NCBI GenBank assembly: GCA_951406725.2
Contig: OX597827.1
Span: 39,370,001-39,434,000, forward strand
Source of the DNA: Octopus vulgaris
Lineage: Eukaryota
Length of the DNA stretch: 64,000 bases
Direction of reading: 5' to 3'
The translations under genes and the position numbers were made by a program. The notes under the pieces are model-generated. The model did not search any database and was not told where the DNA came from. It worked only from the letters and a program-made list of their open reading frames with translations. How positions within the stretch are numbered: position 1 is the first letter of the stretch; each line of letters starts with the position of its first letter. This document shows, in pieces, positions 52,190 to 64,000 of this stretch.

Positions 52190-52570
52190 AGAAGAAGAAG
52201 AAGAAGAAGAAGAAGAAGAAGGAGAAGAAGAAGACGAAGGAGAAGAAGAAGACGAAGGAGAAGAAGAAGACGAAGGAGAGGAAGAAGATGAAGGAGAAGA
52301 AGAAGACGAAGAAGATGAAGAAGAAGAAGAAGAAGAAGAAGAAGAAGAAGAAGAAGAAGAAAGAAAATAAAAAGGAAAAGGAGAAAGTAAAGAAAAAGGA
52401 AAAGAAGGATAAAGAGGAAGCAAAGGGGGAGAAGAAGAAAAGAATAAGAAGGAAAAGAAGAAAAAAAGAAGAAGAAGGAAAAGATGAAGAGGAGAAGACG
52501 GAGAGGAGGAAGAAGGATATCGAAAAGATGAGGAGAGAAAAGAAGAAGAAACAGCAGCAGCAGGAGCAAA
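51755..52570. repeat. (GAA)n-rich polypurine tract with ~258-bp internal duplication
   Basis: Unique block gaaggggaagaggagacagagaagaaaaaggagacgaaaatggaaaagattaaa at 51843 and 52101. Confidence 0.95.
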
Positions 52571-52886
52571 TGGAGCCAATTTTCACCGATATCTATTTCA
52601 GATTTACTAAAGGAACCTAATTGTAGTTTGACAAAGAAATAAAATTCTACCAGAAGGCCAAATATCGTGTGTACATGCGTGCATGCATATGTGTGTGTGT
52701 GTCTGTGCATGAGGTAGTGAGTGTCTCTGTAATGACTTGCATGTGTTACGATAAAGGTTGTGTTGTGTGAGTATAATATGAAAAAAAAGAAATAGAACGT
52801 AGAATGATAACAACAACAACAACAACAACATCAACAATAATAGCAACAACAGAATCAACAGAACTACTGCGCAATAACCTTTACAT

Positions 52887-53041
<155 letters not shown>

Positions 53042-53158
53042 ATATCGGTGTACAGGAAAAAGAAGGGAAAGATTAAAGCAAGATATGCCTGACTACACAA
53101 AGACACATATATATGTATGTATATGTGTGTGTGCGTGTGTGGTGTATGTACTTTTCTT

Positions 53159-53208
<50 letters not shown>

Positions 53209-53731
53209 TATATGTATATATATGTATATATACATGCAAATGTATATATACATACATTTACATACACACACCCATATATATGTGTGTGTATGTATATACA
53301 CATACATATACATACATATATATATACACAGATTTCTTTTGTGTAATCCCTTTTGGGGGGGGGGGGCAGTTTTGAGAGAAAGATTATGTGTATACGTGAG
53401 TGATTAATATTACGTAAGAGTTCACGTCTTTTGTTTTGTTCTGTTGGCAGCTGTATATGATGTCACACATAGATAGTATTGATTTCTAACATTTTGCCAA
53501 TAGATAATATTGATCTGGTGGTTGTATACTCCAGCCAGTGTGTCACAACATCTTGTTGAAGCCCCATGGCTGGATAGGCATTTGATCTCTACTAGAGCCC
53601 ATTGCTTTATGGGCACAGATTTAGCATTTGATTGAATAGGTTCCAGATCTTAACTGGTACTTTATTTTATTGACACTAGAAGGCAAAAATCAATATTGTG
53701 TGTGTGTGTGTATGTGTGTGTGTGTATAGTG

Positions 53732-54345
53732 AAGGTGCATGGCTTAGTGGTTTGAGCTTGAGGCTCACAATCATGAGGTTGTTGTTTATTCCTTCTCAAG
53801 CCATGCCTAGCCCATAGGGCCAGTTTCCATGTTTCCTTGGCATATAGGTTCCCTACCTGGATGGGACACCAGTCCATTACAAGTGAGCTGCAAGATGCAG
53901 GAGGAAAGAGTTAGAGAAATTTGTGGCAAAAGAGTCAACAGAAGTTTGCCATTACCTTCTGCTGGAGTTGCGTGGGGTTTAGGTGTTTCGCTCATAAACA
54001 CACACATCGCCCGGTCTGAGATTCAAACCCGTGATCCCTCGACTGCAAGTCCGCAGCTCTAACCACTAGGCCATGTGCTTCCACACAATCATGAGGTAGT
54101 GAGTTTGATTTCTAGACTGAGCTGTGTGTTGAATTCTTGAGCAAGACATTTTATTTCATCTTGCTTCAGTTCACTCAGCTGTAGAAATGAGTTGCGACAT
54201 CACAGGTGCCGAGCTGTATGGGCCTTTACCTTTCCCTTGGATAACATCAGTGGTGTGGAGAGGGGAGGCTGGTATGCATGGGTGACTACATGGACTCGTG
54301 CCTTGGAGGGTAACTTTCTATTTGCAATCCCATGGTCATTCATGT
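53732..54345 (+). mobile_element. SINE family D interrupted by an antisense C-head SINE (53780-54083)
   Basis: 14-bp TSD cacaatcatgaggt at 53766-53779 and 54084-54097. Confidence 0.88.
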
Positions 54346-54806
54346 ATGTATATGTATCTATCTACACACACACATATACACCAAAGATTATATGATGCAA
54401 CTCACCTTACAACCACCCCTTACAAGTAACCTAAAACCTGAGTTTGTTTTTATAGTGTGCTGGTTCATCTGATACTTTCTTCCCAAACATAGAATTTTGG
54501 GTTCAGCCCCACTGCTTGGAACTTTGAAGTGGTTTCTACTAGAGACCTTGGGAGTGGATAGATAGCTGGAAATTGTGTGTGTGTGTGTGTGTGTTTGTGT
54601 GTGTGCATGCTTGTGTGAGTGTACACACACACACATGATGTACTATATATGCACAGGTGTGGCTGTATGGTAAGAAGCTTGCTTCCCAACCACATGGTCA
54701 TGGGTTCAGTCCCACTGCATGACACCTTGGACAAGTGTCATTTTTTATAGCCTCAGGCTGACTAAAAGTGGGTGGATTTGTTAGATGGAAACTGAAAGAA
54801 GCCTGT

Positions 54807-54859
<53 letters not shown>

Positions 54860-54907
54860 TTCTGGTCACACCATCCAACCCATGCCAGCATGGACAATGG
54901 ACATTAA

Positions 54908-54952
<45 letters not shown>

Positions 54953-55399
54953 TATATTTCAGTTCATCTATGGCAGTTTTATCCCTTGCTACATACACAC
55001 AAACATAATGATTTGGAAAACTGTGCCAATGTCATTGGGATTCAATTAATTACCAGTTAAAACAAAAATTTTCAGTCAAAAGGCTCTCTCATAAGCAAAA
55101 ATGTGGAAAATGTGCTAATTTCTTAGAGGTCCATTGTTTATGTTGCTGTAAACACGACGTGGGGCAACATGCAATGCTCAATGTTAAAATTTATAGGCAA
55201 TCAATTGGTTTTAGTTTCATCTGTACCACTGTGGTCTGATAATATTAACGAAAATATAGCTTAGAAGAAATATCATTTGCATAAAGTTTAGAAACAAATC
55301 AATACTAATGCTGATAAGATTATTCTTTGGTCTGTTAATCTCAATGTTAATGGGTATTTCTCAGAACCAAAGGAATTATTTCATAGGGTGTCATGTTAA

Positions 55400-55600
55400 C
55401 CCTTTTGTTACCAAATTCCTATTGAGATGCACAACTTTTGTTTCAATTAATTTTGAAAATAATGAAGAATTTAATAAAAATAATTTCATCATTATTAAGC
55501 TGATGCTTGGGAAATAAATTAACATGAAATTCTAATTCTTTAAAACAAAGTTTGTATGGTAGGAGCAATTGTGGTCTCAGGTAGGTTGATGTCAAAAGGA
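55400..55600. mobile_element. piggyBac-like MITE
   Basis: TTAA|cccttttg ... caaaagga|TTAA. Confidence 0.55.
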
Positions 55601-55826
55601 TTAAATCTGCTCAGGCTATAACTTGTTTGAGAACTATGCATGAACAACCTGGAAAACTGTCACAATTCATGCCTGGTACAACCTGATGATGATCCTGGGT
55701 ACCTTTGGAAGTTTTCATGTTCCAGAAGCAGAAGCAAAATGTGGTTTCAGTTTTGGGTAACTTCCAACCATAACAGGTGGCTGCTTCCCACCTGTCTGTT
55801 GTTAGGTTTCTCTTATCTGTTATCAA

Positions 55827-55880
<54 letters not shown>

Positions 55881-55946
55881 ATACATACATACGTACATGC
55901 ATATATACATACATACATACATACATACACACATACATACACACAC

Positions 55947-56035
<89 letters not shown>

Positions 56036-56951
56036 TGTATATACACACAAACATATATATATTGAGGTGTCACATGCTTTCCAAATCTCAAGATCTTTGT
56101 ATTTATTTAGTTCTTAAAACTCGTAATATTTTGATTTTGGAAGAATTTTAAGAGAATCACCTACTCTCAGGTTGACAGTGTTATCATTATTGTTGTTGTT
56201 GCTGTTGCTACTACTAGCAACCTGTCAGAATTGTTAGCTTGCTAGGCAAAATGTTTAGTGGCATTTTGTCTGTCTATACATTCTAAGTTCAAATTTTGTC
56301 AAGACTGACCTTGCCTTTCATCCAAAAACAATTACCAGTTATATGCTAATATTGATTTATTCAATTTTAACCACCACCACTGTCACTACCATCACAGCCA
56401 CCATTACCAGTAGCTGCAGTAAAAAATTTTATGGATTTTTTTTGCAAAGCAGCAGTGTGGTCAGTCAGCCCTGTCAAGGGTTTGTTGACTTGTGAAATTG
56501 AGCCAAACAGCTGTTACCTTGTACAGGGAAGTTCCAACTGTCATTAAAGCCCATTGTAAAAATTGTCCCACTACTTTTAATTGGCAGGCATGTGCAGAGG
56601 GTTTTCATTTCTGACCAAATCTTTATCAACCTTTCCTTGTATGACTAGAAGCAGAAGATAAGGGTGGAATGAAAATTGTTCTAGTAGATTAAATTTACTG
56701 AAAGGCTGTTAGGGTTAGCCTACGATCAAAGACATTCCATCTACAGCTATCCAGTAATTTTTGGGGTTAAAGAAAAAAAAAATTTATTTTTTTCTTTATG
56801 ATTTGGTTTATGTCTATCATTGCTTGAATTACACAATAGTGGTTTTTCTCTAATTTATATATTATATATTTATATTGTGAAATTTGATTTAATACTAAAT
56901 TGAATTTTTCCCTGTAAGTTTGGAGTTATACTCCCTAATATTATTATTAAA

Positions 56952-57043
<92 letters not shown>

Positions 57044-57149
57044 GAAAGGATGAAAGACAAATTATATTTATATGAATATTTGTGTTTAGTATGCATAATG
57101 CCCTGCCCCATACAATAATACCCTTAGAGGAAATAATGACAATAATAAT

Positions 57150-57581
57150 TCTTTCAAAATTGGCACAAAGCCAGTAATTTTCAAGGTGAGAAGGTGGAGC
57201 AAGTCAATCCCTTCAACCTAGGTATTTGACTAAGTTTATTCTATTGAACCTCAAGCGCATAAAAGGCAGAGTTGACCTTGGAAGGATTTGAACTTAGAAC
57301 ATAAAGAACCAAAAAAAACACTAACAATTCTGCTAGCTCATCACTTTAATAATAATGATAATAAGGCAGTGAGCTGACAGAAATATTAGCACGCTGGGTG
57401 AAATGCTTAGTGGCATTTGAGCTGTCTTTATGTTCTAAGTTCAAATTCTGCTAGGGTCGACTTTGCCTTTCATGCCTTTGGGGGTTGATAAATTAAGTAC
57501 CAGTTGCATACTGGGGTAAATCTAATCGATTGGCCCCCTCCCCAAAAATTTTAGGCCTTGTGCATAGAGTAGAAAAGAATA

Positions 57582-57612
<31 letters not shown>

Positions 57613-57830
57613 TGGTTTCAAATTTTGGCACGAGGACAGTAATTTTAGGGGAGGGGATAAAACGATTACATTGATCTCAGTGCTCAACTGGTACCCATTT
57701 TATTGACAACAAAAATATAAAAGGCAAAGTCGACCTCAGTGGTATTTGAACTCAGAATGTAAAGAGCCGAAAGAAATGCTGCTAAGCATATTATCTGACA
57801 TGCTAACAGTTTTGCTAGTTCACCACCTTA
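57150..57830. mobile_element. three SINE family A copies in alternating orientation (-, +, -)
   Basis: ~57150-57350(-), 57363-57575(+) and 57612-57830(-), separated by AAT runs. Confidence 0.85.
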
Positions 57831-57858
57831 AAACAAAGACAGCAACAACACCAACAAC

Positions 57859-57903
<45 letters not shown>

Positions 57904-58061
57904 AATGGCAATAATTATAATAATAATTCTGAGGTCCTTGTTGTGACTTAGCAGACAGTATCCCACCCATCCAATAGACACAATATCTTAAGTCAACAAC
58001 ATCACGATATTGGATATGGTGTAACATCTTTAATAATAATAATAACAATAATAACAACAAC

Positions 58062-58123
<62 letters not shown>

Positions 58124-58176
58124 TAATAATAGTAATAATAATATCCTAGCTAGCGACAGCAACAATGACAACAACA

Positions 58177-58740
58177 ATCCTTTCTACACAAGACACAAGG
58201 CCTGAAATTTGCAAAACAGGGACTAGTTGATTACGTTGACCCCCAGTGTTTCACAGGTACTTAATTTATGGACCCTGAAAGGATGAAAGGTAAAGTTGAC
58301 TTTGGCAGAATTTGAACTCAGAATGTGAAGACGGACGAAATGCCACTAAGCATTTTGCCCTACTAAAAGCAAAGAGCCTGAAATTTGGCAGAGTGGTACT
58401 AGTTGACTACATCGACCCCAGTACTCAGCTGGTACTTAATTTATTGACCCTGAAAAGATGAAAGGTAAAGTTGACTTTGGCAGAATTTGAACTCAGAATG
58501 TGAAGACGGACGAAATGCCACTAAGCATTTTGCCCTACTAAAAGCATAGAGCCTGAAATTTGGCAGAGTGGGACTAGTTGACTACATCGACCCCAGTACT
58601 CAGCTGGTACTTAATTTATTGACCCTGAAAGAATGAAAGGCAAAGTTGACCAGAATTTGAACTCAGAACATGAAGACAGATAAAATACTGCTGAGCATTT
58701 CGCCCAACAAGGTAATGATTCTGCCAGTTCACCGCCTTAA
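58177..58740 (-). mobile_element. tandem SINE family A array with a recent 175-bp duplication
   Basis: Junction cattttgccctactaaaagc at ~58351 and ~58526, with near-identical units. Confidence 0.9.
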
Positions 58741-58784
58741 CAGTGTTAATAATAATAATAATAATAATAAATAAAAAATAAATG

Positions 58785-59030
58785 CGCCCTCTTAAAGCCT
58801 AGCCAGGCTCATGGGCCCAGTTTCCCGGTTACAATGACATATGTGTTCTCCAGCTGGACGGAACGCCAGGCCATCGCAGCGTTACTCATTTTTGCCAGCT
58901 GAGTGGACTGGAGCCACATGAAATGAAGTGTTTTGCTCAAGAACACAACGTGTCGCCTGGTCCAGAAATCAAAACCACAATCTTGCGATCATGATACTGA
59001 CTCCCTAACCACTAAGCCACGGGCCTCCAC
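58785..59030 (-). mobile_element. SINE with family D head/core and the tail type of the 53780-54083 element
   Basis: Core ttgctcaagaacacaac plus tail cctagccaggctcatgggcccagtttcc. Confidence 0.7.
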
Positions 59031-59049
59031 AATTATGATAATGATGATG

Positions 59050-59099
<50 letters not shown>

Positions 59100-59920
59100 T
59101 AATAAAGATATCTGATTTAGGCACAAGGCCAGCAATTTTAAGGGGATGGGGTCAGTTAATACCATCTTGACTGATATTTCATCATCAATATTATCATCAC
59201 CATTCTTCTTGTAGTTGTTATTGTTATTATTGTTGCTTACTTTAACTAAGAAACTATTACTACTATATTATATGAATATCATGGTTTTTAGTTCAGTATC
59301 TTTATATAGAGATATGTAATTCAGTGCCATACAGGTTTGTATCAGAGTGGAAGAGAGAGACGTAGAGTGGTAGTGTGAATGAATGAATAAGAAAGAGGAG
59401 GAAGAGGAGAAAGAGGGGAGGAAGAGATAGGAAGAAAAAATGAGTGAAGGAAGAAGAGAGAAACATATGCATACCCGCATACGTACAGAAGAGTTAGAAG
59501 CGGGGGGGAACATCAAAGCTAGACATTCAGCAGAGAATCTATTTCCATCACCTCCATCACTTCTTTCTCCTCACAAAGCATTCAGTCTATAAGTGAGGCT
59601 TTTAGACTTACAAAGCAAAGAGCTGAGTTCAGAGGAGGTAAAGGACATTTGAAGGTGATTACAATAGACTGTGGTAGCCACAGACACGTTAGTTTTATGT
59701 TGGACAAGAATAGCTGAGATTGGATGGTGTGAACGTAGGACAGAATTAGATTGAACAGTTCTACACATTTATGCTATAGGGCAATAAACAGGTAGTCAAT
59801 AAACTTTTGTGACCAGAAGTATCCATCAGTGGGTGACCTGCTCCATTGCTAATGTGTATGCATCAATAGCTAGGCATGTATCTGCACACACATACAGACA
59901 CGTGTATGTGTGAGTGTGTG

Positions 59921-59971
<51 letters not shown>

Positions 59972-60521
59972 ATGTGTATATATATATATACTCACACACA
60001 CATACATACATATGAGTGTGCATGTTTGCACATCATGGTATCAGTACTCAAAACTGGGTTCTACAGATACATATTTATTATTATTACTAATTGTGCTCAG
60101 GTGAACTTTGCCTTTCATCCTTTCGGGCTTGATGAATTAAGTACCAGCTGAGTACTGGGGTTGATGTAATCGACCAGCCCTATCCCACAAATTTTCAGGC
60201 CTTGTGCCTATAGTAGAAAGGATCATCATCATCATCACCACCACCACCGCCGCTGCCACCACCACCGCCGCTGCCACCACCACCGCCGCTGCCACCACCA
60301 CCACCACTGCCACCGCTGCCACCACCACCACCACCACCACCACCACCGCCGCCACCACCACCACCACCACCACCACCACCACCATCATTATTAACGAAAA
60401 GTCTAACAAAATTCATTTTGTAACTCCAGGTCTTTAATCTCTGTTTCTGTATATGTACATACATTATGTGCATATTTGTGTGTGTATGTATGTGTGTGTG
60501 TATATACACACACACACGTAT

Positions 60522-60575
<54 letters not shown>

Positions 60576-60876
60576 GGGCTGGTTAAGGAGCTCATTAAAA
60601 GACCACTTGGGAGTGGTGGATCTCTAGTTTGTGTTAGAACATCTGACATCCATCTACATGAAAGACATTCTGATGTAAAAACTGAGGACCATTCAGCTTG
60701 TGGTCATTCTAGTCAATTCTAGGCCACCAAGAAGAAAGCTAGTCTAGCCTGAATAATGAGTACATTTCTGTGCATACCATAATTTATTTCATGAATAGAA
60801 ACTTCTTGGAAAACACTGCAGTTCTCTCATAAAGCCCTGTATACATAGGTGCATGTGTGTGTGCATATCCATATAT

Positions 60877-60937
<61 letters not shown>

Positions 60938-61009
60938 CATATATATATATTACATATATATATATATATACATATATGTATACATACATATATATATATA
61001 CATATATGT

Positions 61010-61052
<43 letters not shown>

Positions 61053-61874
61053 TACACACACACACATGCACACATGTAGTGTCATTTCAAAATGAATTCA
61101 TAGCTTCAACTCATTTTTGCCAGTTTGCTGCAAACAGCAATGTTACAAGCACAATCGCAGTCAATAGAAATTGGAATTCAGAAATTTGAATGGGTTGTAA
61201 ATCCACTTTCTGGAGAACAATACAGCCAGTCCTGTAGGTCCAACAGTGAGAACTGGTTAATGCAAAAACACTTCCATATACTCAAAAAATGTTCAGCATT
61301 ATTTTTTTCCTTTTTAGTAAGGACAATGCCAATTACATTCCAAAATAGTTTCCAAACTTTTTATATAGTTTTGTAGGAAATGAACATATATTGAAATTCT
61401 CTGCTGTGTGAGGTTTATCCTATTGTTCTAAGATTATCAATTAATGTGTATGGGGAAAACATTTTTCTTCACACTAAGAGTTGCTGAAGTATGGAACAAA
61501 CTGCCGGCATCAGTTGTTAGTTGTAGAGTCAATATGAAACATGACTTATGTTAAAAGAGATGTTACATGTTTAGCCCTAGGTCAGCTGTGACTAATCTGA
61601 CTTTTGATCAAATACTTTCAGTCACAAACATTTTGTCTTTCTTGAAAGTAGTTTATTAAATGTGTCTCTCTCTTTTTCAAGATCACAAAGTGTGATTTTA
61701 GAGAGATTTCTGGCAGATCAGGTGACCACACAGAGCAAATGTTGTGAAAATTATGCAGATATGACATAATTTTTTAGAGGGAAGATGGAAAATTGTAGGA
61801 TATCTAGAGAACTGTTTATAATACAATGAATTGCTGCATGTGTGTTCTTTTATGGAAAAGTGCAATTCATGCAC

Positions 61875-62242
61875 TACAATAACTCTGAGTACCTTTTCAA
61901 ACTCCACATGTCTAATACCCGTGGACATGTTTACAAAGTCAAAAAACAGCACAGCTCCCATGACTTTTGGAAACATTTTTTCACACTAAGAGTTGCTGAA
62001 GTATGGAACAAACTGCCGGCATCAGTTGTTAGTTGTTGGAGCACTGCATCCTTCAAAACTTCCATGCTTCCTGAGATTCGCCAACACTACACCTGAATTT
62101 CTCATCTCCATACACACGCAAGCATGTATCTGACACATACACTGTTCATTTCCCAGACATTTGTATATTACTGCATATGCTTTATATACACTTTTGACAA
62201 GTTGTGGTGCACCTGAGCACTGTATACAATAATTTCATTATT
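61875..62242 (+). mobile_element. CR1/L2-group LINE 3' end
   Basis: NTRGHVYKVKKQHSSHDFWKHFFTLRVAEVWNKLPASVV...ASFK followed by a 3'UTR ending in cattatta. Confidence 0.85.
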
Positions 62243-62549
62243 AGAATTCAGTTGGATAAATTGTCTTTGAGTTTTTCAGGTACATTTTCTTTATCATGCC
62301 TTTTAGTAATTCTTTCAGCTTCAAACTGAATACTCTGTAAATTAAGTGTGGCCACTCCTGTGATGTTTGATGAACCTCAACTTAAGCAATTATTTTGGAG
62401 TAATTTGAATTGCATGTGAACATCTGGCTTTTCATAATGGTGAAAAATACTCACTGAGTTCAGAAAGTGTTTTCTTCTATTTATTTTTTGTAGGACTTAG
62501 CATGGAGGGTGACAGAAGACAATATAGCAAACAATATGGTTATTTGTGG

Positions 62550-62758
62550 TAAGCTGGCATGATTGTTACTGTGCCAGGCAGAATGCTTAGTAGTATTTTG
62601 ACATCTTCATGTTCTGAGTTCAAATTCCACTGAGTTTGACTTTACCTTTCACCCTTTCTGGGTTAATAAAATAAATACCAGTTGAACACTGGGGTTGATA
62701 TAATCAACTGACCAACCCCCACTCCCGTATTTGTCGGCCTTGTGCCAAAATTTGAAAC
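62550..62758 (+). mobile_element. SINE family A with target-site duplication
   Basis: caatatggttatttgtgg at 62532-62549 and 62759-62776. Confidence 0.9.
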
Positions 62759-64000
62759 CAATATGGTTATTTGTGGCATCACTTTGCACTTAGTCCATCA
62801 AATCTTGATAAGATTGTGCTGTTAGCTCCAGTTGTTTCATATCAAACACATTGGAGCTATAATTCAACTTTGCAATAGCTATCAACAATGTAGTCCTGTG
62901 ATACAAAATCATCTATCATCATCATTATCATCATCATAATCATCATTTAATGTCCATTTTCCATGCAGGCACTGGTTGGATGGTTTGACAGGAGCTGGCA
63001 AGCTAGAGGGCTGCACAAGGCTCCAGTCATTTGTTTTGGCATGGTTTCTACAGTTGGATGCCCATCCTAATGCCAACCACTTTACTGAGTGTACTGGATG
63101 TGAAGCTAGCATGTGTTTCATTTTTATGTGGCACCAACATGCATGCTTTTTACATGGTACCAGTATTCATGGAGTTACCAGGTAGCTTGCAAGACAAGGA
63201 CCTCTTAACTGAGAGGAGGATATTTCAAAGTCATTGATTTCATGTATCATTCTATATCATAACAACATTTTAGTAATTGCTTTGTTAATATTAATCTCCA
63301 ACTGTCATATCCTAACTTTCTTCCATAGGAAGAAGAGAAATAGTGCAATGGATTCTGATCTTGATTCATTTGGTTTGATTCACTTGCAGATGTTAACATT
63401 AAACAATGACATGATGTCCCCTACTTATTTTCTCCTGCTCCAAGTAGAAAGGCTGCTACTTCAGAAGCATTGTAATTTCTCATAGAATTAGGATGGCGAG
63501 ATGGCAGAATCATTAGCATGCCGGGCAAAATGCATTTCGTCTGTCTTTACATTCCAAGTTCAAATTCAGATGAGGTTGACTTTGTCTTTCATCCTTTCAA
63601 TAAAATAAGCAACAGTTGAGCACTGGGGTTAATGTAACTGACTTATCCCTACTCCTGAAATTACTGACCTAGTGCCAAAATTTGAAACCAATTTTTCATA
63701 GAATATGAAACAATGGCCAAATTGAAATATTGTATATCACAGTAATTATGTGAGATTACATATGGTATGTATATTACCAAGTAGTCACAGTGCTCATACA
63801 ACAAGTCCTGCAGATGTTTTAGGATTGTACATTCAAATGTAGCATAATGAACATTCAATGAATAGTTTTCCTATTTGTATCATAGATGCTGTTCGATCAG
63901 AGGTAGGCAATAAAACATTTGAGAAGAGATAGAACAGCTGCACATTAAATTATCTATGTGTACAAATCAGAGATTCACCTAGCATTAAACTTTCATTATC

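Noticed and set aside
53444-53470. Acceptor followed by VYDVTHR, resembling the Rab GTPase VYDVT motif
   Set aside because: Immediate stop codon and no other GTPase motifs nearby.
55611-55810. Possible LINE endonuclease N-terminus (FCFWNMKT) on the minus strand
   Set aside because: A single short motif with broken frames; not supportable.

Overview
AT-rich, microsatellite-saturated eukaryotic DNA (TA, CA, TAA, GAT, GAA, TAGA and TACA runs throughout). The repeat complement points to an octopod cephalopod genome; this is my inference from repeat-family recognition, not a database hit. Almost every ORF in the supplied track is a microsatellite or SINE read-through, and I see no intact, recognisable protein-coding gene. 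The window reads as intronic or intergenic DNA filled with mobile elements. These include (i) at least five tRNA-derived or RTE-tailed SINE families in dozens of copies, often nested, tandem or inverted, with heads, cores and tails exchanged between families; (ii) decayed Tc1/mariner transposons (a full-length DD37D maT copy, an internally deleted rosa-like copy and MITEs); (iii) two non-autonomous Helitrons lying tail-to-tail; and (iv) LINE remnants (R4/Dong-type in TAA repeats, RTE, CR1) plus Penelope-like remnants. The most interesting signals are three. First, several minimal type I hammerhead-ribozyme motifs in short Penelope-like inserts, including one Penelope fragment carrying a tRNA-like Pol III promoter just upstream of a hammerhead core. 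Second, a chain of small minus-strand candidate exons (~30.0, 26.9, 18.5 and 4.7 kb) that may belong to the host gene. Third, several near-perfect hairpins and inverted SINE pairs that could be dsRNA/ADAR substrates. Element boundaries were read by eye and are approximate unless TIRs or TSDs are quoted.
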